A stretch of 64,000 bases of DNA from the human T2T-CHM13v2.0 reference genome, Homo sapiens. Both the position numbers and the translations under genes were made by a program. The stretch is taken from assembly GCF_009914755.1 (NCBI RefSeq), contig NC_060926.1. The stretch is one strand, 5' to 3'. The notes beneath the pieces were generated by a model. The model saw only the letters and a program-made list of their open reading frames with translations, was not told the origin of the DNA and searched no databases. The stretch's first letter is position 1. Every line of letters starts with the position of its first letter. This document shows, piece after piece, positions 25,683 to 38,833 of the stretch.

Positions 25683-26185
25683 CACTCATAGAATTAGGTA
25701 AATTCTAGACATGTGACTTATATTAACTAATTGATAGCTATTTTTAAAAAACAATTTCTTAGAGCAGTTTTAGGTTCACAGCAGAATAGAGAGGAAAGTA
25801 CAAAGATGTCCCATGTCCCCTCTTCCCCCACACATGCATAGGCTCCCTCATTATCCACATCCCCCACCAGAGTGGCACATTTGTTTCAATTGATAAGCCT
25901 ACATTGACACATCATCACTGTATTGGGCCGTTCTTGCATGGCTATAAAGAAATATCTGAGATTGTGTCATTTATAAATAAAAGAGTTTTCATTGGCTCAC
26001 AGTTCTGCAAGCTGTACAGGAAGATCTGAAAGCTTACAATCATAGCAGAAAGCAAAGCAGGAGCTTGCATATCACATGGTGAAAGCAGGAGCAAGACAGT
26101 GAGGGGGAGGAGCTACACACTTTCAAAGAAAGACCTCAGGAGAATTCACTTACTATGGTGAGGACAGTATGATGGGGGATGGTGC

Positions 26186-27500
26186 TGAGAGGTGACAGCG
26201 TGCTGGCTGTGGTCGCAGCCCTGGCTCGCTCTTGGCGCCTCCTCGGTCTCGGCGCCCACTCTGGCCGCGCTCGAAGAGTCCTTCAGCCCCCGGCTGCACT
26301 GTGGGAGCCCCTTTCTGGGCTGGCCAAGGCCGGAGGCGGCTCCCTCAGCTTCCCGGGACGTGTGGAGGGAGAGGCGCGGGCGGGAACCGGGGCTGCGCGC
26401 CGCGCTTGCGGGCCAGCGCCAGTTCCGGGTGGGCGTGGGCTCGGCGGGCCCGCACTCGGAGCAGCCGGCCGGCCGGCAAGCCCGGGCAGTGAGGGGCTTA
26501 GCACCTGGGCCAACTGCTGTGCTCGAATTCTCGCCGAGCCTTAGCTGCCTCCCGGCAGGGCAGGGCTCGGACCTGCAGCCCGCCATGCCTGAGACTCCCC
26601 CGCCAACCCGCTGTGGGCTCCTGCGCACGGCGAGCCTCCCCAAGAAGCGCCACCCCCTGCTCCAGGGCGCCCAGTCGCATCCACCGCCCAAGGGCTGAGG
26701 AGTGCCGGGCGCACGGCGCAGGGCTGGCAGGCAGCTCCACCTGTGACCCTGGTGCGGGATCCACTGGGTGAAGCCAGCTGGGCTCCTGAGTCTGGTGGGG
26801 ACTTGGAGTGTCTTTATGTCTAGCTAAGGGATTGTAAACACACCAATCAGCACCCTGTGTCTAGCTCAGGGTTTGTGGATGCACCAATCGGCACTCTGTA
26901 TCTAGCTAGTCTAGTGGGGACATGGAGAACTTTTGTGTCTAGCTCAGGGATTGTAAACGCACCAATCAGCACCCTGTCAAAATGGACCAATCAGCTCTCT
27001 GTAAAACAGACCAATCGGCTCTCTGTAAAATGGACCAATCAGCAGGATGTGGGTGGGGCCAGATAAGGGAATAAAAGCAGGCTGCCCCAGCCAGCAGTCC
27101 CAGTCCATACTGTGGAAGGTTTGTTCTTTTGGTTTTTGCAATAAATCTTGCAGCTGCTCACTCTTTGGGGCCACACTGTTTTATGAGCTGTAACACTCAC
27201 CATGAAGGTTTACAGCTTCACTCCTGAAGCCAGTGTAGACGAGGAACCTGTTGGGAGGAAGGAACAACTCGAGACGTGCCACTTTAAGAGCTGTAACACT
27301 CACTGCAAAGGTCTGCAGCTTCACTCAAGAGCCAGCAAGACCACAAACCCACCAGAAGGAAGAAACTGTGAACACATCTGAACATCAGAAAAAACAAACT
27401 CCGGAGATGCCGCGTTTTAAGAACTGTAACACTCACCACAAGGGTCCACGGCTTCATTCTTGAAGTCAGTGAGACCAAGAACCCACCAATTACAGACACA
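26186..27500 (+). mobile_element. LTR12C (HERV9/ERV-9) solo LTR
   Basis: Starts TGAGAGGTGACAGCGTGCTGGC and ends ..ccaattacagacaca; GC-rich U3, CCAAT repeats, U5 repeats ctgtaacactcac; 4-bp TSD GTGC at 26182-26185 and 27501-27504. Confidence 0.95.
26820..27100 (+). promoter_or_regulatory. LTR12 U3 enhancer/promoter module (NF-Y, GC box, GATA, AATAAA-type TATA)
   Basis: Six CCAAT boxes between about 26841 and 27040, GGGTGGGGCC at 27051, AGATAAG at 27061, AATAAAA at 27070. This is the known ERV-9 promoter layout; activity is not shown by sequence. Confidence 0.7.
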
Positions 27501-28884
27501 GTGCTGAGCCATTCATGAGAAATCCACCCACATGATCCAGTCACGTCACACCAGGCCCCACCTCCAACAGTGGGGATTACATTTCAATAAGAGAGTTGGA
27601 GGGGACAGGTATCCAAACTATATCAATCACTCAAAGTCTATAGTTTGCATTAGGTTTGGCTCTTGGCCTTGTATGTTCTATGGGCCTGGATCGATATATA
27701 CTGACATGTATCTATCCATTGCAGCATCATTCAGAGTAGTTTCTCTGGCCTAAATATTTTCTGTGCTCCTCCACACAGCTCCCCCACGCATAATTCTTGG
27801 TGACCACTTATCTTTTTATTGATCTATAGTTTTGCCTTTTCCGGAATGTCATATAGTTGGAATCATACAGTAGGTTGCCTTTTCAGATTGGCTTCTTTGA
27901 CTTAGTAATCTGCATTTAAATTTCCTCCATATTTTTTCATAGTTTGATAGCTCATCTCTTTTTAGTGCTGAATAATATTTCATTGTCTGGGTGTACCACA
28001 GTTTATTTATCCAGTTACTTACTGAAGGGACATCTTGGTTGCTTCCATAGCTATTATTTTTAAAAGGAGAAAGGACTCCTCTAGCTGAAAAACTAAAGAA
28101 CTTAGTGTGATTTCAGAGGCCTAAGAATGTTCTGTTTACCCTTAGGAGTTTCTCTTCTACCTTGAAGTAAAGCCTGCTGTTTCTCCAACAAAGCTTCACT
28201 TATCTGACTTAAAATGTTACAATGAAAATACTCCTAGGAGAAATATTACTTTAAGCATCGTTAGCTATTTACACTTCAGAATGAGTGAGTTTTATATCTT
28301 GTTCTGAGAAATTTCCCCAGAGGTAGAGGAAAACAACATGAGACAATTGGCATCAAGGAAAACAACTTCACCTACTCCACGATTATAAATAACTTATGTG
28401 AATATCAAATTCAATGACATACAGAATGGTTTCAGTGTATATCCCACAATTCCCTTCTAATGCCCCAATTGAGTGATTAGGTCTTACAAGTTTTACAAAT
28501 ATAGTCAAAAATCCTCTTAATTGACCCTCATTGGACATCAAAATTATTTTGGTAGTTTTAAATACTTGTCAAATGAGAGTTATTACTGTTTTTGGAGGGC
28601 ATTTACTTTTTGTAGTTTTCATAGCTGGAACTAAAGTTCATGAAAAAAATACAGCTATTATTCCTTGCTCCTGTTTCTCCCCCTCCCCTGACCTTGCCAG
28701 GGCACCCAAGACGCACACATCCCTTCCACAAGGCACCTCAGCCAGGCTTGGGTCTGCCATGAAGGAAGCTTTCATGAAGGAAGCAGAAAGATCACACAAA
28801 AACTGCATGGTACAATGAGGAGATTATCTGTTGAGAGGAAGTGAAGCTTTCACTCAGCTGGTAATTAAAAACTGAGGCTCTTGA

Positions 28885-29015
28885 CCCACCCTTCTGCAAA
28901 TGAGCTAACCTTGGCAAGTGCTTCCATTCGTTTGGCCTCAGTTTCCCCATTGGTAAAATAGGAATTGGTTAAGATAATTTGTAAGACAAATCCTCTAGTT
29001 CTAAGTTTCTATGGT
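28885..29015 (+). mobile_element. MIR3-like SINE fragment
   Basis: accttggcaagtg..ggcctcagtttccccattggtaaaatagg..ctctagttctaagtttctatg. Confidence 0.6.
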
Positions 29016-29239
29016 TACTCTTTGACAGTTTTGTACCTAACTAAATGCCAGGAGTCATTTGTTCCTAAGATTTTATAGCCAACTAGAATATAAACTCCTC
29101 TAGGCTAGGGCACAAGTACTCCCCAAGCTCCTGGGGCAACCCATCTTTCACTGCCTACACAAAGCAAAACCAGTGAAGTTGGTCTCCAATGATCCCAGCC
29201 TCTCCTTCTCTCCCCTAGGATTATCCAGGTAGACAACTG

Positions 29240-29400
29240 TGGAATCCTAAGCCTCACTTGGACAAGTTATCTACATTATCCAAGCATTAATTTCTTCTTT
29301 CATAAACTGAAGATTACAATATCCATCTTACTGGGCTTGCAGTGAGAATTAGTTTTTATAATGTGTACAACTTACTAGCACAGTGCCTGGCATATATTGG
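29240..29400 (+). mobile_element. MIR SINE fragment
   Basis: cttggacaagtta..gtgagaatta..ctagcacagtgcctggcata. Confidence 0.6.
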
Positions 29401-30148
29401 CAATTTTCTCTTCCTTTTGACTTTATTGCCTCGTGCTTTTAAAATTCTAATTCTTCCTTCACATTAAAGGAAAGGAAATGGCGTGGTGAGACTAAAACTC
29501 ATTTGGATTGTGTGATGGTTCCCCAGGCTTCTGTGGGGTCCAGCTTTCATCTTTGACTGTGGAAGGCTTTGACTATTCTACAAAGAATCCCAAGCATGTG
29601 GGGTGCAGGTGGCAAGAAGAATTCTTTTGCTAAGCTGGAGCATCTCTCCTGATTTTGAGCTCGAACTTCCTCAAAGTCAGTGCCTAAGTCTACTTGAGTT
29701 TTTTCTAGGAAGCCAGTGAGTCAGAAAAGCCTGAGTGGGAAGAAATGGCAAATCTCCACCAGCTCCCTGCACCATATGCCAAAAAAGACAACTGTCTGGG
29801 CTCCCCTGGGAAGCAGTGGCAGCTGCTGGAGGTTCTTGCCTGGGAACTGGGAGTGTGGAGGATGAGGTGCTGGCATCGAGGGTTGTTTGCACTGATTTCC
29901 CCACCCCTTCCAGCTGGCTACAGAGGTCTGGGTGAGGAACAGGTGGAGAGAAGAGAGGGAAGAGCCAGGAGCAGCTGGATTCTTGCAAGGCTCCCACAGA
30001 AAAGGCTATTCCAAGATCTGAGTACTTGGGACCAATCCAGGGAACTCAGCCCGGGTCACTGGCAGGGACTCACACCCTGCTGCTGCCTGTGGCCCATGGC
30101 AGGCAGTCCAAACCCCTTTGCATGGTATCCTGAGCTCTTCCCAACATA

Positions 30149-30195
30149 GCTGCTGCCCATGTTGCTGCCCATGTTGCTGCCCATGGCTGCTGCCA
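30149..30195. repeat. 12-bp minisatellite (GTTGCTGCCCAT), about 4 copies
   Basis: gctgctgcccat gttgctgcccat gttgctgcccat ggctgctgcca. Confidence 0.85.
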
Positions 30196-30289
30196 CTTCC
30201 CCCAGGTCAGCTTCTCATCATCTCCTGAGCAGCCTCCATGTGATCATGCTCCTCTCAATCTGAAAGGTCCTTCCATCCTACTCTGTATT

Positions 30290-30553
30290 GAAAACTCTGA
30301 CACAGTCTCTAAGACCCATCTCAGGCTTGCCTTCTTTGCCTAGGCCTTGCCTCTCTGCCCTGAGCCTCTGCAGCATTCATACCTCCATGGCAATCTTCAC
30401 TACCTCCTCATAGCCATCTGTTTGCATGGTTTGCTCCTCCACTAGGTGGAAGATACTTGAGAACAGGGACCTTGCTTGATTCACCCTGAACTGCAGCGCC
30501 CAGCCTGCACTTGGCATAGGATAGGTACTCAATGAACGTCTCTTAAATGGATG
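30290..30553 (+). mobile_element. L2 3' fragment
   Basis: ccactaggtggaagatacttgagaacagggacc..cttggcataggataggtactcaatgaa. Confidence 0.6.
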
Positions 30554-30996
30554 TTGAGCCCCAGTTGCAGAAGAATAGAAAAAGAGAACTTGGTCTTCCC
30601 ACCGTGGGGCCATGAGCACAGCCAAATGAACCAAGATGCTCCCAGGACCAAGATCCTAATCAGTGCTGGCCCTGATCAGAGATTCTTGGAGGATTAACCA
30701 AAGATACAAACTAGAAACACAACTCAACTGTTTAAAAAGAATACTCACTTTAGGCACTTTCTTCCATATTCAAAATATTTTTTTTCTTAGCCATTGTAAA
30801 AATCCTTCTATTGTAATAGCAGAATTTCGTCCTCAGATGCCAAGAAACCTTACAGTGCAAGTCACCCCCTTCCTGCTTTTTTTAATAATCCTAGAGAAGC
30901 AGCTGGAAGGAGAAAAAAAATCACACACTCAGATGTACTCAGAACTCTGTCACAAAATGAACATCAGAACTGCTAGCCAAGGGGAATTTTTCTTTA

Positions 30997-31332
<336 letters not shown>

Positions 31333-31497
31333 TTAAACATGCAATAGCATTTCCTAGATTCTCTATCCATTTTCCTTCACCCATGGAGGAATTCCAGATC
31401 TAATTATAGGCATTTATGGGAACGGCTTTCACTGATGCCTAATCACTGTGTAGTATGAGAACTGTTATGTACACCACTGCATGTGTGAGATTAACTT

Positions 31498-31531
31498 TAT
31501 GTTTTACTGGATTATATGTTTTACTGGATTA
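31498..31531. repeat. 17-bp perfect tandem duplication
   Basis: tatgttttactggatta twice. Confidence 0.85.
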
Positions 31532-32611
31532 TCACATTAAACTTACAAAAGCACACTCAGACTTCAGCCAGTTTGTCCACTCTGCATGGCTGATCACTCC
31601 TAGAGGATAGTTATCTGCTCATACTTTAGAAAAACTGGTCAGAGCTTTGGTGAGAGTAATTTTTGATACCTCTTCTGCACCCTTTGCAACACCTGCCCCC
31701 ATGCTTTGTGGCCATGTTGGAAGACTTCATAAACATCTGCAAAGATAGTCTACTTATTGAGAGAACGTGGAGCTCACCAGAATACATTAAGAGCCTGCAG
31801 AACGCTCAGTGGCCAAGAAGCTGTTGGAAGACTCCCCAGGACTTCTCATCTGGCAGGAAGACTGACACATTTATAAAGGAGCCTTTGAATAATTATTTAA
31901 GGGAAATGTGATTTTAATTGTTACCTTTGGACTTTCCAGATACTGCTAAAATAACACTTCTGCCATTAGCACCTTAGCCCTAGGGTAGAAGCAAATTTCA
32001 CCTGGAACAAACTTCCTAATATGGAGAGGGAAGGGGAAGAGGGGGGTCATGGAAAGATCTGGGATGGGAGGCAGCCCCAGTTCTGTCATTAACTGGGGGT
32101 TTGGGACGTTTGCCCACTGGGCTCCTGGATGCACTTCATTTAAGCCTTAAGCTGCTGGTCTTCTGAATTCACGGAGAGCGACAAAAGGGACCATGGAGGT
32201 GAATGTCATGAGCTAAGTTCTGTTGGGAGGGTCAGAGGGGCCACCATTTAATTAGTGCCCAGGTGTAGCCCATTCCACAGCTACATGTGGGTCAGAGGTT
32301 TGCTGAGGGAGGGAGAGACGGGACAGGATCCTAAATACCATGGAGAAGATTCACCCAACTAACAGTCACCCTCCCCACGTTTGCCAAGCACAGCATAGTC
32401 TCCCTGCCTGCCTCAGTCCTTCTAGGCTTTCTGAGTCTTCTCTCAGAGATATCTCTTTTTTTTTTTTTGCAACCTAGTGCAGCTGATGGATTAGACATAG
32501 GATCGAACCCCCCTGACCCCACCCAGTTACATAGAGGACACATTCCTGAAACACACTGTGTTAACTACAAATGTAGGACCAGAGGAAGTCTGTGGGCTGA
32601 GGGCTGAAGGC

Positions 32612-33036
32612 AAGGCAGCCACTGAGGCATGAGCTCAGGTCTCCTTTCATGAGAACTTTGTGTGGTGAGTTCCTGGCCTCAGGGCAGCACCTCTTCCCAG
32701 GCGACTCCAGCCAGTGACTGAGAACAGCAGGGGTACTCGGGTCTGGCCATTTCTGCCCAACATGGTACTCCTCCAGCAGGACAGCCTGGCTCTGCATGGA
32801 GCTCCGGATGGGGCTGGCTGGACTTTCTCAGCATCACACTGCAGCAGAGGCTCTCCCTGCTCCACCCTCCCTGCTTCCTCATCCCCTTTCACAGGCATCA
32901 GACCTACTACATGACCTAAAGCCCTTCCCTGCCTGCTTCTATTTTCCCTCCCCTTTCACAGTCATTTCCCTCCTCCCAAATCACTCACACTTCTGATTAT
33001 TTTGGTGTCTGCCTCCCAGAGGACCTGAGCTGACAC
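32612..33036 (+). mobile_element. LTR16A-type ERVL LTR
   Basis: ccagccagtgactgag..ggccatttctgcccaac..cctttcacaggcatcagacc..gtctgcctcccagaggacctgagctgaca. Confidence 0.78.
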
Positions 33037-33100
33037 CAGCTATAGGCTCAAGATAGGAGAAATGTATTTTAACTTTAAGAGGTTATTTTGACTCAAAATA

Positions 33101-33399
33101 CAGCTCCATAATGTTTTACCCATAATTTAAAACTCAAAAATCTCGAAAACACCAAAACTTGATCTGACCGTATATGAGGCTATTCAAATCTGCAATTATT
33201 CTACTTCATAAATTATAAATAACATATTTATATTAAATACATTTATTACAGAAATATGAATGTGCTTGGTTATGGGATGCTGCTTCTAACTGATGGGCAT
33301 GTCATATGCAGTATATGTATTAGATGAACTCTCTAATATCTAAAAACATCTGAATTATGAAAAATATCTAAGAGTTTTGAAGAAGGAGTTGTAGACCAG
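33101..33399. mobile_element. MER46C (Tigger/TcMar) DNA transposon
   Basis: TA-flanked with degenerate TIRs (cagctccata..gtagaccag), internal atgaggctatt and cagaaatatgaatgtgcttggtta. Confidence 0.65.
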
Positions 33400-33422
33400 T
33401 ACTATACACAAATTGAAGTCTA

Positions 33423-34730
33423 TGAAGCAGCTTATCTCCAAAGGAGAGCCCGTTGAACCACGCCTCCCAGTGATGGCAGCGGCTGCTCCAGACAGCCTGC
33501 CACTGCCATCATGCTAGCTGCAGCCAGGAAGCACAGCTGGGACTGCACGCTCAGTGGAGCTGGTGGGAGCTGGGACAAGCAAGAACCCTGCCCCTTCCCC
33601 CTTCCAAGATGGGGTAGGAGCTCCCTGGGTGCTGCTGCAGCTGCCCAAACTGCAGCTGTAGACCCAGACCTCCTGCTCTATGGAGCAGGCGGGATCCCCC
33701 TACTCCAGGGTAGGGCTGCAGCTTCCCAAACCACCACTGTGGATCCAAGCCTCCCTGTGCTCTTGGGGAGCTCCCCACGTGCCACTGCAGCTGCCCAAAC
33801 AGGGGTTGTACACTCAGGCTCCCACTCCACTGAGCAGGAAAGAGCCCCTCCCAAAATGTAGCTGCAGACTCAGGCATCCCTGCACTCTTGGGGGCCCAGG
33901 GAAGGCCCTCTTGCCCTTGCAGGCTCGGAAGTGCCTGTTCTTCCTCCTCCTTCTCTGCTGTTGACACTCATTCCAATCTGGGAGAAGTCAGGGCCAAGCC
34001 TGAGTTCCATGAACGGCAGCAGGAGGCAGACAGTTTCTTGGGACCGGTAAGGTCCCACCTTCAGGCCCAAAAGGGCCTGAAGGCTGGGGGCTGGGCTGCC
34101 AGTCCCACAGACCAGAGTGGGGACTTGCGGTGCCTTTTCCAGCTCCCATGGCTGCCCATGGACCAATGGGCACAAATTTCCTCCCCTCTGAGGTCCATAA
34201 AAGCCCCCAGCTCAGCCAGAGCAAGCAGAGGATGGAGAGGACAGAGAGACAATGGGAAAACCAGCTGCAGAGAGGAACTACCCTCTCTGCTAAGAGCTTC
34301 AGAGACCTGCAGAGATGTCGGTACTACCAGCTGCAGAGAGGAACAACCCTCTCCAGGGCTTCCTCTCTGGTGAGAGCTTGATACTTGATGGGACAACCTG
34401 CCTACAGAGAGGAGCCACCCACTGCAGGTCTCCTCTGAGCTGTCGTACACTTAATAAAGCTCCTCTTCATCTTCTTCACCCTTTACTAGTCTGCGTACCT
34501 CATTCTTCCTGGATGCAGGACAAGAACTTGGGCAAAGGCACCACTAGCCACAGAGGTTTCCAGCCAGAAAATCGACACCCCAAAGATGCCATAACACAAG
34601 TCCTCATGCCCTTGTGTGGTCTTCTCACCTTGAGTCTGGGTGCTTTACCTGTAGAATATGGCAGAAATGATGCTGTGCCAGTTCTGAACATATGCTTTAA
34701 GAAAGTTTAGCTTCTACTTTTATACTTTTA
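33423..34730 (+). mobile_element. MLT1 (F/G-type) LTR 5' part, split by MER52
   Basis: cacgcctcccag | tcctcatgcccttgtgtgg..tagaatatggcagaaatgatgctgtgccagttc. Confidence 0.6.
33471..34596 (+). mobile_element. MER52-family ERV1 solo LTR
   Basis: TGATGGCAGCGGC..gacaccccaaagatgccataaCA, repeated ccagctgcagagaggaac units, AATAAA near 34453, TSD ccag/caag. Confidence 0.85.
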
Positions 34731-35461
34731 GATGATCTTATCCACCAAGAAATCTGGACAGACCACTACCAGTGTTGAATTACAGAGGCACCAAGGCTGA
34801 GTGTTAAAAAGAGTGGGAGAAAAAAATTAAAAACATTTCTAAGGCCTTTCTCTTAAGCCAGGTACTAAGAGCATAAGATTAGAACAAGTACACTCAAGAT
34901 TTAAGGACAAATGGATGATGAGGTCCTTGGGAAGGAAGTCTTTTCCTGTAGCCATGTGCAGTTAGCCAGTAGCTACACAATGTAAGAAACTATTCATTCC
35001 AGTATGAACATGGTGATGTGACATGTTAGCATTTTTTCATTTAATAGTCAAGTGTGTATATTAATTATGCCTAGAGCAAAATGTGTAATGCAAGCTGTGG
35101 GATACATGCTATATAACCCAAGTGACAAGAATACCAGATAAGACAAGATCTGAAGGAATAATTGTTGCCTGTCTGAAAGTTTACTGCAACCATTTGTTTA
35201 CAAGTCAACCTTTTTACAGTTGGAAGTTTGGACAGTGAACAGAGAGAAAATGACTAGATAGCATGACAGCAGCACATTTCTCTAACAAGTTGTCATGGTT
35301 CTTGTATCAAAGTACAATTGAACATGATGAATCCTAAGATGTATTTCAAGATGTAATCACCTATCTTCAAATTGCCATTTGAATTTTTTCACTTCTTAAT
35401 TTGCATATGCAAATAAAGGACTTGCAAATGACTTGGTTACAAATATTATTTAAATTATATA

Positions 35462-35580
35462 CAAGATTTTAAGTTCCCCGAAAGCAGGAATTATATTTTT
35501 TTAGCCATTGCATCCTCTTTAGCATCTGCTTACAATGTCCTGGTAGAATCTCAAAACATATTCAATTAATATAAATAAAT
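35462..35580 (+). mobile_element. L2 3' end fragment
   Basis: agattttaagttccccgaaagcagg..tgcatcctctttagcatct. Confidence 0.45.
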
Positions 35581-35959
35581 TTAAATAAGCTTTTAAGTAT
35601 AATAGATGCCAAATTATTTTCCTTATTTTTCTGCATTGTTTAAAAGAAAATGAGATGTGATAATACACATGGGTTTTTGCTACATGTAATTTCTAAATAA
35701 TAGATATTATCCTTCCTCTATGGTGCTTCTTGAGAGTGAGTTTGACACAACCAAAGAGGCAGGTTGATGGATTTGGGTTGCTAGAGAACTGTTTCGGGTG
35801 TTGTGGGAGAGCTTGGAGGTTCCCAACACTGTATCCAATATTTCAGCCCTGCTCTGCTTGGCACTGCCCACTTCCTCTGCCTGTCTCTTGCTTTCCTAAA
35901 TATGGCGAGAATTTTACTGTTGAGTAGATGTCTGGTTTCTCTTTTAGAAAGGACAATGT

Positions 35960-36277
<318 letters not shown>

Positions 36278-37934
36278 TCAAAATATTGCTTCAAATGAAA
36301 CAGTTTTAGATGAAAAAGGAAAGAACCACTAACTTTTCTTCTTTGTCCTCATAACTGTCAGATAGACAATTACAGACTCTAACATTTTACCATTAGAAAC
36401 AATGCTCCATTCTGCCAGTAGTGTAGGGTTTACCGTCTGATGTCACAAAAGAGAGTAATTATACTCTGCCACCTTGTTTTTCTTTAAGATAAACTGATAC
36501 TAGAGCTCTGCAGCTCAACCCTGGAAAACTCTGAAATGAACAGCACAGAAAGGGATCGCCGGGGATCAGAAGTGGGGCTAAGATGGTTTACTAAAAGTTA
36601 AGTATTCTTCCTTTTAATTTCCTCCAGGATTTATGAAGGCAAAGCCACCATAAAGTTTTATTTCCCCAGGGCATTCTCTGAAAACACCAGGCACCAGGGC
36701 TAAAGGAATTGCCTCTAGGATTCGTTTGTTGCAGCTTCAACTTGAACTCTCTTCCTCAGCCATAGGTTCACTGCCAGTGCCTCGCTCTCATGTCACAATG
36801 ACCCAAAGTTGGAAATTGATAGCCTGAACCTCACTGAGCCAACACAAACAGTTTCCTAAGAAGACTCGTGTATTTATTAACTGAAGAAAAATGAATACCT
36901 TTTTTTTAACCATGTGTCTCGGAAGCCCATGAACGCTTTCTATAAGACACAGACAATAGGTGAAACTCCAAGAAGCAAGTAGGAGACAAGGAGATAGGAT
37001 CTACTCAGAACAGCTGAAATGAGACTGAGAACAATACAGTGCTTTGATTGATATGGTGATTTAAAAATTAAAAGAGGGGAGTCTATCTGTGAGCTGAATG
37101 CCAGTTACTAGAGATTGATGGATGGCATGAATCTTCTTCTCTTTGTGGCACTTCAGATAAAATGTGTTTTCTTTCAGAGAGGATCTTTATAAGACAATTG
37201 CTCAACTAGGAGGGTGTGAGTGTATGTGCACGTGCATGCTCACTCACACACACATGCACACTGCAGCATTTCAGAGCAGGGCTCTATACCTAGAATGCGA
37301 GGCTGCTCCATGCTCTGCAAACTGCCTGTACATAGTTTATGCATAGGTAATGTACTTTAAAACATCCCTCCTGGATGAGCCTTCATTTTCAATTGTGTCT
37401 CTGCACCATGTGGTAGCCAGCATGATTAAAGAAAAAGTGATTGTGTGAACCTCCAAATCCATCTGTCATGTCATTGGCATTGAAGAGTCTCACTGAAAAA
37501 TTAGCCTCCTCCTTCCCCCAACTTGTGTTTTCCCATCCTCGAGACAATACGGGAAGCTCTTAGCCGGGAGAGAAGGGAACAAAGGGGCAAGGAATTCAAT
37601 AAAAAAGAGATCCTAGGCAAAATGAAATATTGTTTCTCTGTATTGCTCTTTTTCTTTCCAGTCCACAGAGCATTAACCAGTTGTCTGCTGCACCGTGAGG
37701 CAGGAACATTTCTAGTATTTGTCTGCAAATGACTGAAGCATTTGAAACATCAGAGATGTCCAGTGTGATAGTCTGGAATGCAAGAGTCTAAACTGGACAC
37801 AAAAATGACAGGCAAAATGTGAAAAAATACTTGTAATTCCTATGTCTTTGGAATTTTCCTAGTATACTTGCTTAATTAAATGCACATATAGGCTCAAACA
37901 CATATTGAATTTTTTTCATATTCTCTGTGCACAT

Positions 37935-38066
37935 ATGAGGACTTCCTAAAATTGTATACAGAATTTTATTTATCTATGCATGTGTGCATTTTTCTCGGGA
38001 GAGGACCCACAGTGAGCATCAGTTTTTAAAAATAGTTTATGACCCACAAAGTTAAAAAAGACTGCA
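37935..38066. mobile_element. MER103C-like hAT DNA transposon fragment
   Basis: tgtgcatttttctcgggagaggacccacag..catcag..tgacccacaaagttaa. Confidence 0.5.
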
Positions 38067-38833
38067 ATAAGGTATGTACTACTTATTTTATGTTTATTTC
38101 CTCAATTGCAGAGGGTATATTTGCTGTCATTTTGGATTAAGGGTTTGGAGACAAATTATATCTATGAAATACTTACTTGGGCCAAGAGAAAAACAAGAAA
38201 ACCCAAGTAAACTAGAAAAGAGATGCTGAACTACAAGACAAAAGAGGATAGGGTGAAGTATATTAGATTTATATTTTTTGCTTATTTAATAAGTACAGAC
38301 TCAGACAAAACTTAAAATGCACAGTATATGGATTTTGGGGTTGTTTTTAAAGCTTTTTAGGAATTTTCTTTTTAAATTCTTCTTATTTCAATTGTTAAGA
38401 GAAAAAATGTGCATATTTGGACTAATGAACTCATTTAAAATTTCTTCAGTTGGTGTTAGTTTTTTAAAGTTAATTAAAGTGGGAAAATTATAGAGTTGCA
38501 CATTTGTTTCAGGTCAGAAGATTTTGATGGAAAAAATTATTAACACAGCTTGCTCTAAGCAGGCTGCCTTGCAGTCATTGAAATTTTTAATCTGTGTGCA
38601 TTCATCTTAACCTGAATGTTTTCTAAAAGTTAAACAAATAAGGATTAATGGGTATATTTTAGAATTGAGTATATTAGTTACAATAAATATAAAAGCTGTT
38701 GTTGGGTCAAGGAATATACTCTTAAGTATTGAGATTAAAGGGAACAAGGTCTTTCTTTCATCAAGAACTAAACCCTAACATTGATTCCTCATTGTGGAGG
38801 TATGTGAAATAAGCACAAAGAGACTAAAAACAG

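Larger units (their letters stand above)
25919..27625 (-). mobile_element. MSTA/MSTB MaLR solo LTR, split by LTR12C
   Basis: tgtattgggccgttcttgc..ggctcacagttctgc and caggccccacctccaaca..atccaaactatatca; TSD ATCAC at 25914-25918 and 27626-27630. Confidence 0.88.
25745..28046 (-). mobile_element. L1MC1-like 3' end, split by MST and LTR12C
   Basis: ttagagcagttttaggttcacagca..cctacattgacacatcatcac, resuming at 27631 with tcaaagtctatagtttgcattagg. Possible TSD atagctatt at 25734 and 28047. Confidence 0.82.

Noticed and set aside
26146-26764. Overlapping 76-181 aa ORFs and an apparent CpG-island gene promoter
   Set aside because: Essentially confined to the GC-rich U3 of LTR12C; no gene structure follows.
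33511-34710. Cluster of GC-rich ORFs on both strands
   Set aside because: They derive from the MER52 LTR and resemble no protein I know.
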